A stretch of DNA of 64,000 bases from Blepharisma stoltei ATCC 30299. Lineage: Eukaryota; Protista; Ciliophora. Under the pieces are notes generated by a model. The model saw nothing but the letters and a program-made list of their open reading frames with translations. It was not told where the DNA came from and did no database searches. Positions within the stretch are counted from its first letter, which is position 1. Every line of letters begins with the position of its first letter. The position numbers were made by a program, and so were the translations under genes. Location of the stretch: contig CBFDEM010000053.1 in assembly GCA_965603825.1 (NCBI GenBank), forward strand, positions 992,001-1,056,000. Direction: 5' to 3'. This document shows, piece after piece, positions 1 through 11,907 of the stretch.

Positions 1-627
1 GGCTTAGACCAAGTATTTATTGTCTTTTTTGATTATTTTACTATAGAACTATAATTCGGAATAAATATGGCACATTCTCCAAGATTTATGTGACTTTTAT
101 ATTCAACTATCAACTTTTAAAATATTTCTTATAAACTTAGATTCTTTTCTGTTGTATGTATATTTTATTTGGAACATCAAAGATTAAATTCTTATATATT
201 TATATTATTATAGTAAATTAATTATTTTTGAATTTTTTGCACTTGAAATAATTCAGCTTTCATTTTAAAATTTAAGGAAACAGTTTCACTGGCCTTTTAA
301 AGGTTTTTTATATGCTTCTTTGTCAAAAACTGTGCTTTTATAATAAAAATATAATAATTTTAGTCTGCAGAAGTGTCAGTCACAAATATAATAATTTATT
401 ATAGTCAAAACCATAAGATTGATTATAGTGCATAAACCAAAAATTTTAATAAAATTTGCACTAGGATAGATAAGATTGTTATTTTACTAGTAAATGATTT
501 TTTGATCTATTTTATAATTAATCAACATAGCCATTACAGGAATAATAACATACTCGCATTTTATCATTCTAACATTTTGTATTAATTTAATTAAATCACC
601 ATTTTAATATCATATTATATATAGAAA

Positions 628-2835
628 TTAGCAAAAAAGTTCTGGATGCAAGTATACTAGGCTATCCATGAACTTATTATTTTCTAAGCATTCTATATGA
701 GCAGCTCTTCCAATCCATTGATCAAAGCTTCTGATTTCTTCTTTATAATGGACATCAATTCTATGAATTCTTTCTCTTTTACTCAACAACTTTTTAGCCA
801 TTTCTCTTAATACACTTGAATGAGATAAATTTGATGGAGCTTCAATTCTTGCTGAATAATGCGGAATATAATGATCTTGTGGCGAACTTATCAAGATCAT
901 ATGACTAAACCAGTCTAATCCGAACCCATCAGAGAGCTTATAAATCAAGCCATTTATCGGATTTTCATTGTCTGCGAATGTCAGCTCTTTAAAGCTAATG
1001 CATTTTTTGAATTTTTTTAACACTCACATTCCAGCCTTTAAGATATTACTAGCTCCTTCCATAACACCAAGATGAGGACAAGATAGAGTCAGAAATAAGT
1101 GCATATGGCTTGAGTAGCTTGACAAATGAGGTAAAGCTGCTCTAATTATTAAACCACCTAGCGAATGCCCAATAAAACTAAGCTTACCTATAGGCCTATA
1201 GGTAGCGAATTCCTCCATATAAGCAATAACTTCATCAGCTAATTTTTTCCCTAATTCTGCTATTGAAAGATCTGTATTTTCTTCATTAGTAGTAGAAGAA
1301 AATAAGAATGTGCTTGGAAAAACAAGGCTAATTCTATTCTTTAGTATCCTCATATCATTAGAATTTCCTTGATACCCGTGCGCAAATACAATGATATGAG
1401 ACGAAAGACCTGAAGTTTTCCTATTTCTTGAAAGCATTGAGGAATCAATACCTGCAAGCTCAATAGTTCCATTAGGAATAGTCGTATCTAATAAGCAAAA
1501 TTCTTCAACCATTATTGGGCAATTTTGATAGTTAAAGAATGCTACCTCATCATAAATATGAGGGAGCTTCATTTTACTATTCAGCATTTCGTATTTCTTT
1601 TCACGGACGCTCCTAAGTGTTTGTTCAATTTTAGAGTCATCAACAATCATCCCGAGATCTTTTGACCTCATAACTCTTCTTATTAAGAAAGTGCTGAGTC
1701 TTTGCCTAATTAAAATTTGATTTTTCTCAACTAGCACCATTGAAACGGATTTTGATTTTTGCAGGACTTCTAAAAACCGATGCCAGAGTTGGAAAATTTG
1801 GCCTGCAACCATATTGAATTCCATAAGCATAGCAGTTGCAATTGTTCTAGTATCATGAGAAGCAATTCTGCAACTAAAAGGGATTTCCCCTTTAACTTGT
1901 TCCTCTCCTACATCGTCTTCAGGCTCATTATCTTCAGTAGAAGCTGCTGTCCTTTGCAGTGTATCTTTAATTTCTTTTAAGCTTGGATACGGAGCTTGTA
2001 TTGCACTCCCAGGTAAAGTAAGAGTTTGCGGAATCGTCAAAAATCCATATTTATTTCTTTCTTTTTCGTTCAGACATTTTCCGACTACTTGCATATAATG
2101 TTCCCTCAATTTTTCAAAATTTTTAATAAGTGGCTTCATGAAATTATTATAGATAACGTCAGTTTCGACATTCCCTGCATATGCCTTGGATGACCCATTT
2201 TTACTTTTGAATAAAAATTCACTGACGCTTTGGCTAAGGTCACTTTTCTTTTTCTTTTCGTTTAAATTTCCTCTGAAATGGTAGTCAAGGAGCACATAAT
2301 GCAGAGTTGCTTTTAAGATTGAGCTGTGATCATCATCAAAGATAATTGGGACATAACTTGACTTGAAACTTCTAGGAAATGATAGAACATAGATGACTTC
2401 AGATAAAGTGATCATTTCTAGCCCATCACCTGCTGCTTGGAAAGCATCTTCTGGGGCTAGCTTTCCTTTTAAGTCTGCATATAGGAGCTCTGTGAGCAGC
2501 TTGAAATGTGGCTGCTTAAAATCTTCTTTTATTTCCATATCGGCACGGAAATAAATTGTTTCGTTGAAATCAACGACTTCATCACAATATCGAAGTAAGA
2601 ACTTGCGAGATTCGACTGAAAAATCTTTTACGTGCATTTGTTGTATAAAGTGAGGATCAAGATTTGATTTTGGGGTTGTGTTTATTATGACATTGTAAGG
2701 GTATGCAAAATTTTTTTCTTCGTCTGACATGTAGTATAGCGAGAAACGAAGACCGTAAACTCCTTGATGAAACAAATCAACGTTTCGAAAAGACTCTAAG
2801 CGAAGTGCAAATTCTATTACACCTTGAACGGACAT
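628..2835 (-). CDS. FAM135/DUF676-type putative serine esterase (alpha/beta hydrolase C-terminus)
   Basis: ORFs 1024..2835 and 628..1023 join through one TGA=Trp (KAGM-W-MLKK). N-terminus FRNVDLFHQGVY; hydrolase motifs HGYQGNSNDM and SFIGHSLGGLIIR. Ends TAA. Confidence 0.85.
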
Positions 2836-3148
2836 TTATATGCTATTAACGAAACCCTTAAGAATTAAATGAAAATCGAATCTTATAGATTTAACAAGTC
2901 TAATAATAAGTTCACACAACCCAATATTTCAAAATTCTGTTAATATTTGCAATCAATTTCAAATCTTATTATTCCTCCCTTATTAATAATCAGTCCAAAA
3001 TCATCTCAATCTCCTATCAATCTCTTTCAATTTTCATCCCTCTTTCAAAAGCACAATCGTTTGTCCTTATTTCCATATATTTCAAATTTATATCTCCTTT
3101 CTGTTCTTTAATACCCTGAATCAGCTTCAATAATTTATCTGCTCTAAA

Positions 3149-5803
3149 ATGGACAAAAAACCTGCTCGCATGCAACCTCGCAAAAGCATCACTGGCGAAG
3201 AAGAAAAGAAAATCCCAGTCCGTTCCTCTATGCCGCGCAACCCCGTTAAGAAGAACAAACCAGTTGTGGATACGCGAAAAGTGTCTTCAGTATCGTTAGA
3301 TGCACCCAACGCTTTAGTAGTCGATAAGCCCAAATCATCTCGTGACAAAGAATTGATCAACACAGCCCTGAACAAGCATTTTATCTTCACCAGCTTAGCT
3401 GACGAAAATAGAGGACTCCTAATTGACCATATGAAGCATTATACTTTGGGCCCGCTTGAAGTCGTTTTTGAGCAAGACCAGCCAGGAAACACTTTTTTCA
3501 TTGTGGCTTCTGGCAAATTAGAAGTTTATGTCAATGGCAAGAAGGTAAAAACTTTAGGCGCAGGCGACAGTTTTGGGGAACTCGCATTGCTGCACGACTC
3601 CCCAAGGTCTGCGACAATTCAAACTGCAGAAAGAACCACATTGTGGGGACTTGATAGGAAAACGTTTCGCCATGCAGTTGAGACTGTTAATGCACAGAAT
3701 TACCAAGAAAATAAGCAGTTTATTGAAAGTGTACCGCTTTTTAGGATTTTGACACCTGTACAGAGAGACGCGCTTGTGGGGTCATTGTCGACGCTGAAAT
3801 TTAGACCACAGGAAAGGATTGTGAGTGAAGGAGACCCTGGGGACCTCTTTTATGTGATAAAAGAAGGTAGTGTAAGCTGCACCCAAGAAGGAAGGGAAAT
3901 CAGACAAATGTTTAGAGGAGACTTCTTTGGTGAGCAAGCCCTGCTTTATAACTGTGTTAGAACGGCAAGCATAACAGCTATTGATGATATTAAATGTGTG
4001 GCAATTGGCAGGGAAAGGCTCACAAAAGCCTTGGGGAACCAGCTGCAGCATATCATCTATCAAAATACTAAAAGGATGGCAATTGATGCTTCAACTACTC
4101 TGAGCCGCCTCACAAAGGACCAAACTGACAGAGTTATCAACGTGCTAAAAGTTATCACTTATACAAACGGCCAAGTTGTGGTCAGACAAGGAACTCCAAA
4201 AGGCAGGCATTTGTGAATGGTAATGAAAGGGAGCCTCACATATAGAAACGGAAATGAGTGTGCTGGCGTATTTCAATGCATTGGCGACCAAGACATCACT
4301 AATAGTCCTTCAGGAGACTACAATGAAGATATCCTGGCTCATGGTGAAGCAATCGTTGCAGAATGCACTCGAGAGGAGTTTGAAGAGTGCATTGGTGGAG
4401 TTTTCAGCCAAGTTACCACCAATAATGAAGCTCATTCAGTGCTCAAAAGAGTCCAACTGCTAAGAGGGCTCAGTTCTGACAGATTCCAGGCACTTATTCG
4501 TGCGCTCCAAATCCGTGAGTATTCTAACCAAGAAGTAATCGTCCAACAAAATAACCCAGGCGACTGCTTTTTTATCATAAAAACTGGAAAAGTGGATGTA
4601 ATAAAAGATGGAATCAACGTAAGGACAATAACTAAACATGATTATTTCGGAGAAAGAAGCGTCCTTTTCAATCATTTTAGGAGTGCCACAATTGTAGCAA
4701 ATGGCCCAGTTTCTTGCTGGGTGCTGCACCAGCAAGATTTTTTAAATATCATTGATGAAAATATTAGGCAGCATTTACAAAAACGAATTGAACTGCAAGA
4801 TGATAACATCACTCTCCAAGACCTAGCAATTGTAAAAGTTCTTGGAAAAGGCATGTTTGGGAACGTCTTTTTAGCTGTCCACAAAGAAAAAGGCCACCTC
4901 TATGCACTTAAAACAGTCGATCGGCAAAAAATCGAGAGATACGAAATCCAAGAAAACTTGGTATTAGAAAGGAAAATTTTGCTTCAGCTAGACCATACTT
5001 TGATACTAAAATTGGTCAGAACTTTCAAAGACCCCCGCCGTGTATACTTTTTAACTGAGTTTGTAAGAGGAATGGACCTATTTGATGTGCTCCGACAGCT
5101 TAATCTGGTAACAGACAAAGACGCGAAATTCTACACATCAAGCTTAGTAGCCATTCTAGAGCATCTTCATGAGCGCGACATCATCTATCGTGACTTAAAG
5201 CCAGAAAATGTTATGATAGATGACGAAGGTTATACAAAATTGATTGATTTTGGAACAGCAAAAATAGTGAGCGGCCGCACATACACAATTGTTGGGACTC
5301 CTCACTATATGGCTCCAGAAGTTATAGTAGGGAAAGGATATAGCGTAGCTGTAGATTATTGAAGTGTAGGTATCATGCTTTATGAGTTCATGTGCGGAGG
5401 TGTGCCGTTTGGAGAAGAAGAGGAGGACCCGTTTGCGATCTATGAAAAAGTCCTGGAACGACGACTGATATATCCAGCTTTTGTGGATCCAAGAATGCCT
5501 TCAAAACCGATTATTGAGCAGCTGCTTTCAAAGAACCCAGCAATGAGGACAGGAGGAAGTATTGAGAATTTGAAAGCGCACCCTTGGTTTAATGGCTTTA
5601 ATTGGGATCAATTGTTGTCTCGGCAATTAGAACCTCCTTATAGGCCTAGGGTTTCTGATCTTTCTAGAGAAGTGCAAGCTTCCTTGAAAAACAAACGTAG
5701 TATTAGTGACATTATTTCTATAGAGGAAGCCAGCGAAGATATACCACAAACTAAGTCAAGAAAGCCAAAGAGCGTCTTCAATAACTGGGATGAAGAGTTT
5801 TAA
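3149..5803 (+). CDS. PKG: cGMP-dependent protein kinase (multiple cNMP-binding domains + AGC kinase)
   Basis: cNMP motifs FGELALL..SPRSAT, FGEQALL..VRTAS and FGERSVL..FRSAT; kinase motifs GKGMFG, YRDLKPEN, DFG and GTPHYMAPE. TGA at 4214 and 5360 read as Trp (DY-W-SVG). Confidence 0.93.
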
Positions 5804-5820
5804 GCCTAATTATAATTAAA

Positions 5821-6591
5821 ATGGACCAAAGCTGTTTGGATGAGCAATTTGGTGAAAAACTGAAATGCCCAGTTTGCTTGAAGATATATACACCTCCAGT
5901 TTATTTATGCAGATTAAGACATAGCATGTGCTCACTCTGTGCAGCAAATATAAAAAATTGCCCATCCTGCAAAGAGAAATTTGTAGCAAATTCAAGGAAT
6001 ATAGAGATTGAAAATATGCTAGAACAAATTTTGGTGCATTGCAGGTTCCAAGGCTGCACAGAAATAGTTTCTTTGTTCAATATGCCCGAGCATAATAAAA
6101 TCCATCAAACTAGTACACTATCAAGGTGCCTAGAATGTAAAAGCAATGAGGAAGATTTGATTACACATTTACTGCTAGGGCATGATTATCCAGATATAGC
6201 TATGGATGAGGAAGGAGGGTTAAGATCATTTTCAGGGCCAATTAGATCATGAAATAAAAATACTGATTGGCCGAAAGGGATTTGAAGAATTGGAAACGAT
6301 CCTTTGATCGTCTATGCTAAAACTTATTTAGGAGTATTCCACATCTATTTATATAAAGTAACAAGAAACCCCATAAGCATTAGTCTCAGAGTCGAAACTC
6401 CTCGATGTGCAACAATTTCCAAGTGGAAAGTCCCACATGTATCTGAATATGAAATTAACAGTCAAAAGCCTCATTTTAATTGTGATGTTAACGTTTTATT
6501 GAACTTCGTGAAAATTCAGGAGGGAGGCGAAGATATTTTAAAGCTCTGGATTAGAGTTATAAAAAAGCTCGATCACAATAATGCTGCCTAA
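5821..6591 (+). CDS. Sina/SIAH-like RING E3 ubiquitin ligase
   Basis: CPVC..C.LRH.MC..C..CPSC RING, then RNIEIE and a zinc finger (CRFQGC..H). In-frame TGAs at 6250 and 6283 join the two track ORFs. Confidence 0.75.
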
Positions 6592-6885
6592 TTTGATAGA
6601 TATGCCTAATTATGCAGACCAAATTTTGTCTTGTTTTTCAAAATGTTCTCGAAGTTTTTCAGCATTAATTTTCATGTGCCAATTATCCATTAATAAAAAT
6701 TTCTTTAAATTGATCTAATAATCAAATTAAGTCTTCATGCTTAATTTCATGGTTTTTAACATAAATAGGCTTTTGAAGCTACTTTTGATTTGTGCTGGTA
6801 ATCTATAGTAAAATCAAAAAAAATTATTATTTTAATATATTTATTATATATTTTAGTTGAAACTGCCTGCTGAAATAAACTAATC

Positions 6886-7683
6886 ATGTACATGACATTA
6901 AAGTCAAGGCAAAGTATCACACACAGCACTATCAAAAATGGCCCAGAGATGGGTGACTCAAGTTTAGCACTTGAAATTAAAGCTAACCAAATTCACAAGC
7001 CTCTCTTCTCATTTGTTGCAAAATCAATCAAGCCAGCCAAATCTAAAAAAGATCTATCACTCAATGATTCTTTCTCCAAAACTTCTCAATTATATAGCAA
7101 AATTTCATCATCAACCCATGATCTTGAACCGAAATATTTTCGCTTGCTTGATCTTTCGCAATCTTATAATAGTCGCGACGAAGCTGAGGGCATTCTTGAT
7201 GAACCCTCTTTAAGCCAAACTGGCATAAAGCAGCACAGAATAATGCAGCAATATGTTGAACTTTTTCGAGCTCACATAAAAAGCAACTTGAATATCTCGG
7301 TTTCTAATAAAATCCGATATTCAAGCAAAGAAAAATATATAAAAGAGCTTCGAAAACTTGAAAAAAATACGGGAAGCTTATTAAATCAATCAATGATTGA
7401 TTTTCAAGGGAAAGAAAGAAGGCGTGCAAGTAAATCAATGATTGCTCAGTCTAGACAATCAATCAATGAGTCCAGGCTGAAAGCACAAGCTCCATCTAAA
7501 AATTTCTTAAATCCTATATACTTCTCTGATGATCAATCAACCAATTCCAGCCAAAAATCATTAATTCCTCCAGTACGAAGGCCAAATCGAGACTTGTCTC
7601 TTTGCTCTTGGGCAACTGATCATAGTGAATCTCGACCTAAATTTCCTAATATTCATGTATCAAATAATCATTTGTGCCCTTAA
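6886..7683 (+). CDS. hypothetical Ser/Lys-rich protein
   Basis: 265-aa ATG-TAA ORF with no recognisable domain. Confidence 0.65.
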   Translation: MYMTLKSRQSITHSTIKNGPEMGDSSLALEIKANQIHKPLFSFVAKSIKPAKSKKDLSLNDSFSKTSQLYSKISSSTHDLEPKYFRLLDLSQSYNSRDEAEGILDEPSLSQTGIKQHRIMQQYVELFRAHIKSNLNISVSNKIRYSSKEKYIKELRKLEKNTGSLLNQSMIDFQGKERRRASKSMIAQSRQSINESRLKAQAPSKNFLNPIYFSDDQSTNSSQKSLIPPVRRPNRDLSLCSWATDHSESRPKFPNIHVSNNHLCP

Positions 7684-7821
7684 ATTATATCGATTTAAAC
7701 ACATTATATAAATGTAAATTTGTCTGAAATTAAATAAATATCTATTTGTATCTTAATCAAATCTTATAATAATGATTTGATTTCAACGTAAATTTGAGAC
7801 ATAATACCTAGGAGTTATTTA

Positions 7822-8424
7822 ATGTCTAGTGATGGAGACTCACTTTTCAGGCTAAATGTTCAGCATATTACCAAGCCTTCATCATTCTATAAGCAACGAC
7901 AGCTTGAATGCTACCAACCTCAAGGCTCTCCCACAAAAGTGGAGAATAAATATAAAAATTTAGTCCCATGTCGATGGAATCCATCCGGATGAAGATACTC
8001 TGAAAATTCCTCCCCAGTCCCCAAATCTAATCAACCTCTTAGAAAAAGTGCAAACTTGAGTGTAAATGATTCCTATTTTACAACAAGCTACGATAATAGT
8101 TTTTCAGCTATAAGCACCAAAGACAACAAGAAATGAAATCCTCGAGTTTTCGATCCAAGCATTTCCCGATACAAAATCAAGCCAAGGAACTATGTTTCGC
8201 CAATTCCTCAAGATTATGCTGTATTAAATGAATGCCTGCAGAATACTAAAGCTAAAAAATCATTATCTCAACGACCAAAAGCCTCGAAAATTAAAAATAA
8301 AGAGCTAGATCGATCCATACGCTGGGCAGGAGTTCTAATACACAACAACCCTAATATGTTTAACAAGAAAAAAGCCGAATTTACAGAATTCGTTGACAAT
8401 ATAAGTAAATTTATTATGAATTAA
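7822..8424 (+). CDS. hypothetical protein, 200 aa (absent from ORF track)
   Basis: ATG 7822 (MSSDGDSLFRL) is open to TAA 8422-8424 when two TGAs are read as Trp. Flanked by AT-rich spacers. Confidence 0.65.
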
Positions 8425-8469
8425 TGGAAGTTAATAGTAAGTGTAACATCTTCCAAATAATTAAAAATT

Positions 8470-9681
8470 ATGCACAAGATTAAACTTAGAAATGCACCTC
8501 CAAAAGCCGCATACTTATACTGGCCAGATGGAGAACAAGCACTAATTGAGGCCGAAACCTATGTGGAAAGGCTTATTTTTGATAAACAAGAATACAAAGA
8601 ATGAGAGTTATCCCACCTTGGCCAGCTTGAGAAGCTTCTCCATAATTGCACAGAATTGGCCAAAAGTGAGCTACTGAGATTTTTATATGGGCAAGGCTGG
8701 GATTTGAAAAAAACTGTTGAAGCAATTAAAGCTCACTATCAGTGGAAATCCGAGTGGCCGAACTATATGAGTGTATATCCATTGGTGCAGAATATCTTGA
8801 ACTCAGGTGGCGTCTATATACATGGTCGAGATATTTATTATCGACCCTTAATTATACTTAAACTGTCCAAACTTGCTCAATTTCCTTATCAAGAGCACAT
8901 AGCGTGTGCTTATTTTTTGCTGGAATTTATAATGGACTCAATGTTTTTACCTGGGCAAATAGAAAACTGGGTAATGATTGTAGATTTTGAAGATTTCAAT
9001 GAAGTAAATCAAAATCATGTAAGAAAATTAATTATGGAATTATATACACATTATCAATGCCGACTTGCGAAGGCATATGTTATCAACCCATCTCGGTTGT
9101 GGAAATTACTTATTAATTTATTACCAAATAATACACTTAAGAAGTTTGTGGTTGATGACGTAGAAAAACAATTGTTAAAGGATTTTGGCCCAAGCCAGCT
9201 TGAAATTAAGTACGGAGGGACCGCAAGCAATTTAAAACGTTTTTGGCCGCCTAGAAGGCTGAAATACAATCCTTGCGAAGACGTTTTTTCAAGCTGCTCA
9301 AGTATTCCAGACTCTCCTCTCAAGCAAAACCGAAATTCATTCGAAACCTCAATAAGGCTCGAAGGATGCAGCAGTTTCTTATCTAGCAACATGGACTTTA
9401 AAGAAGAAATCTGGGAACAATGTGAACAAGAGTCCAACACTTTCAGCTTTCTCCAAGAAAATGAGAAAAATATCGAAGAAGAGCACCAAGATGTGATCAA
9501 TTTCGAAAACTTCGCCCAAAGCAATAAAGAAGTAAAGAGCCCTTCAGAAGAGATGACTAGAGCATCATTGAAAGTCCCAATACCTCCGCGAACTTTTTCT
9601 ATCGAAAACTATGAAATAGAGCCAGTTTGGTTCTGCAATGCATGTGTGGGAGATAAAAATTCTTCATGCTGCATCATGTAA
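8470..9681 (+). CDS. CRAL-TRIO/Sec14 lipid-binding protein with C-terminal CaaX
   Basis: ATG 8470 in frame via one TGA. Motifs LLRFL..GWD, GRDIYYRP, PGQIENW..IVD, HYQCRL and LEIKYGGT. Ends SSCCIM. Confidence 0.85.
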
Positions 9682-9703
9682 GCAGATATAATTATAACAA
9701 TTT

Positions 9704-10144
9704 TTAGAAATAACGATTAGCTAATTGCTTTTTGAGTGCTATATTTTCAAGCACGAGTTTGGAATTTTCCAAACTCAACTCTTTTAATTTTTCTTGAAAA
9801 TCAAGCTGTGAGGAAGGAGATTTATCATTTAGCAATTCATTCATAATTTGCTTATGTGAGTTAAGCAGACCTGAAATCTATTTAGAACTTACTTTATCTT
9901 TAAGAATATATGAATACATATTTTCTTCAACTGAACTCATTGATCTCTTATGCGCTATTTTAGAGCTTTTTTCGCCCGTTCCATGAAGGTACTGGAAAAA
10001 TTCTTGTTCAGAGTCAGGGGAATTTATTGGATTTTTCTTAATGGGGCTTGGAGTTTTATAGTCTAAATTCAACAGGTCAGCATTATCATTAATTTTTGTT
10101 TTTACTGGTGAAAGTGTAGAACGCCTCATGATCATATTTTCCAT
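9704..10144 (-). CDS. hypothetical protein with C-terminal coiled coil, two exons
   Basis: The track ORF's TAG is the 3' end of a 15-nt intron (9878-9892). After splicing the frame continues ISGLLNSHK..KELSLENSKLVLENIALKKQL to TAA 9704. Confidence 0.7.
9878..9892 (-). other. 15-nt spliceosomal intron GTAAGTTCTAAATAG
   Basis: GT..AG; removal extends the ORF by 58 codons. Confidence 0.8.
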
Positions 10145-10411
10145 TGTTAAATTATATCTAATTTATTTTTATGCTCCATTTAATAAAAATAGTCTGACCA
10201 TATGAAGATGATGTTATAATAAGATTTATTTTTAAATGGGAGGATTTTTCAAGCCTTTCCAATAACTGCCAAAATAATTCTTCTTCATTTATAAAGAAAG
10301 ATAAAGGACATATCTTATATATTGCAATTTAGTCAACATTTTTGTAAAAAATTATTGGACACTGATTTTTGAATTTCGACTTAGGGGTGGTGATACCACC
10401 TAAATTAAGTT

Positions 10412-10771
10412 TTAGTTAAAGGTTTCATGGTAAACCTCGGCTTGAAACAATTGGTGCTTAGAAAGTTGTCGATGGTGGAATCCAGAACTATCATTGGAGT
10501 CTTCTTCTGGAAAGTGGAAAGCTCTTGTCACTGCTTGGGGAGATAAGGTATTAAAGACCCTATTGAGCAGTCTTGGAGAACTAAGCTTGGTTGGGCTTTC
10601 AAAATCTGATTGTCGGTAAGCTGGTGAAGCTGGCATACTCTGCGTGTTACTTGGATTTCTTATTGGAGAGTCATATTGGGTCTTTATAGCCAGATCTGTT
10701 GACTTCTGTAGGGAGTTGTGTTCATTTCCGTATGAGTATTGGTTTGAAAAATTACTTGTTTTGTTTCCCAT
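10412..10771 (-). CDS. hypothetical protein, possible N-myristoylation (MGNKTS)
   Basis: 119-aa ATG-TAA ORF, SP-rich, MGxxxS N-terminus. Confidence 0.6.
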   Translation of the reverse strand: MGNKTSNFSNQYSYGNEHNSLQKSTDLAIKTQYDSPIRNPSNTQSMPASPAYRQSDFESPTKLSSPRLLNRVFNTLSPQAVTRAFHFPEEDSNDSSGFHHRQLSKHQLFQAEVYHETFN

Positions 10772-10913
10772 TCCTTAAAGATATGGATTTATTTTTATTG
10801 ATCATTGTAAAATCGGTTGATAACTTAAATCTAATATTGAATATTTTAATTTTAAACAGGCAAATTGCTAATTTTTTAAATTCTCTTAAAAAGAGCATTT
10901 ACAAAAATTAACC

Positions 10914-11798
10914 ATGGTCTCAAGCGTAGCCACGACTGATTTCTCATCTGAAATTGGCTTCAACAAATTCCCTTATTTGGTGGTGAAAATTCCTGAAGCT
11001 AGAAACCTAGCATATTTCTCAGAAAACTGCTCACAATTTACTCCTTATGTCAAAGTCTCAGTTGGTTCTCGATCTTATTCTACAAGTGCCCAAGTCGTCT
11101 CAGACGCTGTCTATTGAGATGAAACTTTTGAAATTTCTGGAGACAGCCAGAAACCTCTTATTTGTTGCCTTATGGATAGGGATGAATTCGATGGCGATAT
11201 AATGCTCGCTGGCTTGGCGATCCCCAGAGAGTTGATAAAGCAATTCATAGAAGAAACAACTCTGTGAATCAGGCTGCGGAATTTTACACAAGGCCTGAAC
11301 ACTACAGCTTCTTTTGAAGAGTCCCAAGCAATCAGACCTTTTTGTGACGAGTTAAAAGTTGCGAACCCTGAAGAGTGCATTGAGCCAATTATTTGTTTAA
11401 AATTGACTTATTACGGGCTTGATTGCCTGAAGGAGTATAATGCTGAAATCACAGACTATGAATCGGCAGTGAAAAGTGGTGAATTATTCACTCAATACAC
11501 ATTGACTATTACCAGAAGGGACGGATATGCTTGGAAAATTAAATTTAGATACAGTCAGCTAGACAATATTAGGAAGAGCCTGATTTTGCAGTTTCCTGAG
11601 CTTAAAAAACTGTGCTTCCCTCGGAAGACTTTTTCATTGCTCAGCATCGTTTCGTTGAAGAGTCAGTTTGATGAAGGACTTCTTGAGAAAAGGAAATCAG
11701 AGATGGAAAAGTTTTTGAATTATGTTTTGAAGTGCAGATACCATGAAAGAAGCCAGGAGTTTAGTGAGTTCCTTCAAATGCCAGCAGGAGTAAATTAA
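10914..11798 (+). CDS. C2 domain + PX domain protein
   Basis: C2 motifs EARNL..TPYVKV..VY-W(TGA)-DETF..MDRD; a second TGA at about 11265; PX motifs YTL..FRYSQL..LCFPRK..LEKRKSEMEKFLN. Confidence 0.8.
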
Positions 11799-11907
11799 AT
11801 TAATGCTGATTTTATAGATAAGTGATAGTTAATAAGCTAATAAGACAGATGAAAGCAGACATATTTGTTATTGAGTTGTTCTAATTTATCATCCAATAAT
11901 AGTAAAT

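Noticed and set aside
3149-5803. Pseudogenes or split genes suggested by serial in-frame stops
   Set aside because: The breaks are always TGA, in frame, at Trp positions, with intact catalytic motifs.
9054-9524. Antisense and alternate-frame track ORFs (also 15403-15864, 17903-18364, 40296-40649, 55323-55742 and similar)
   Set aside because: They are shadows of well-supported genes and carry no motifs.
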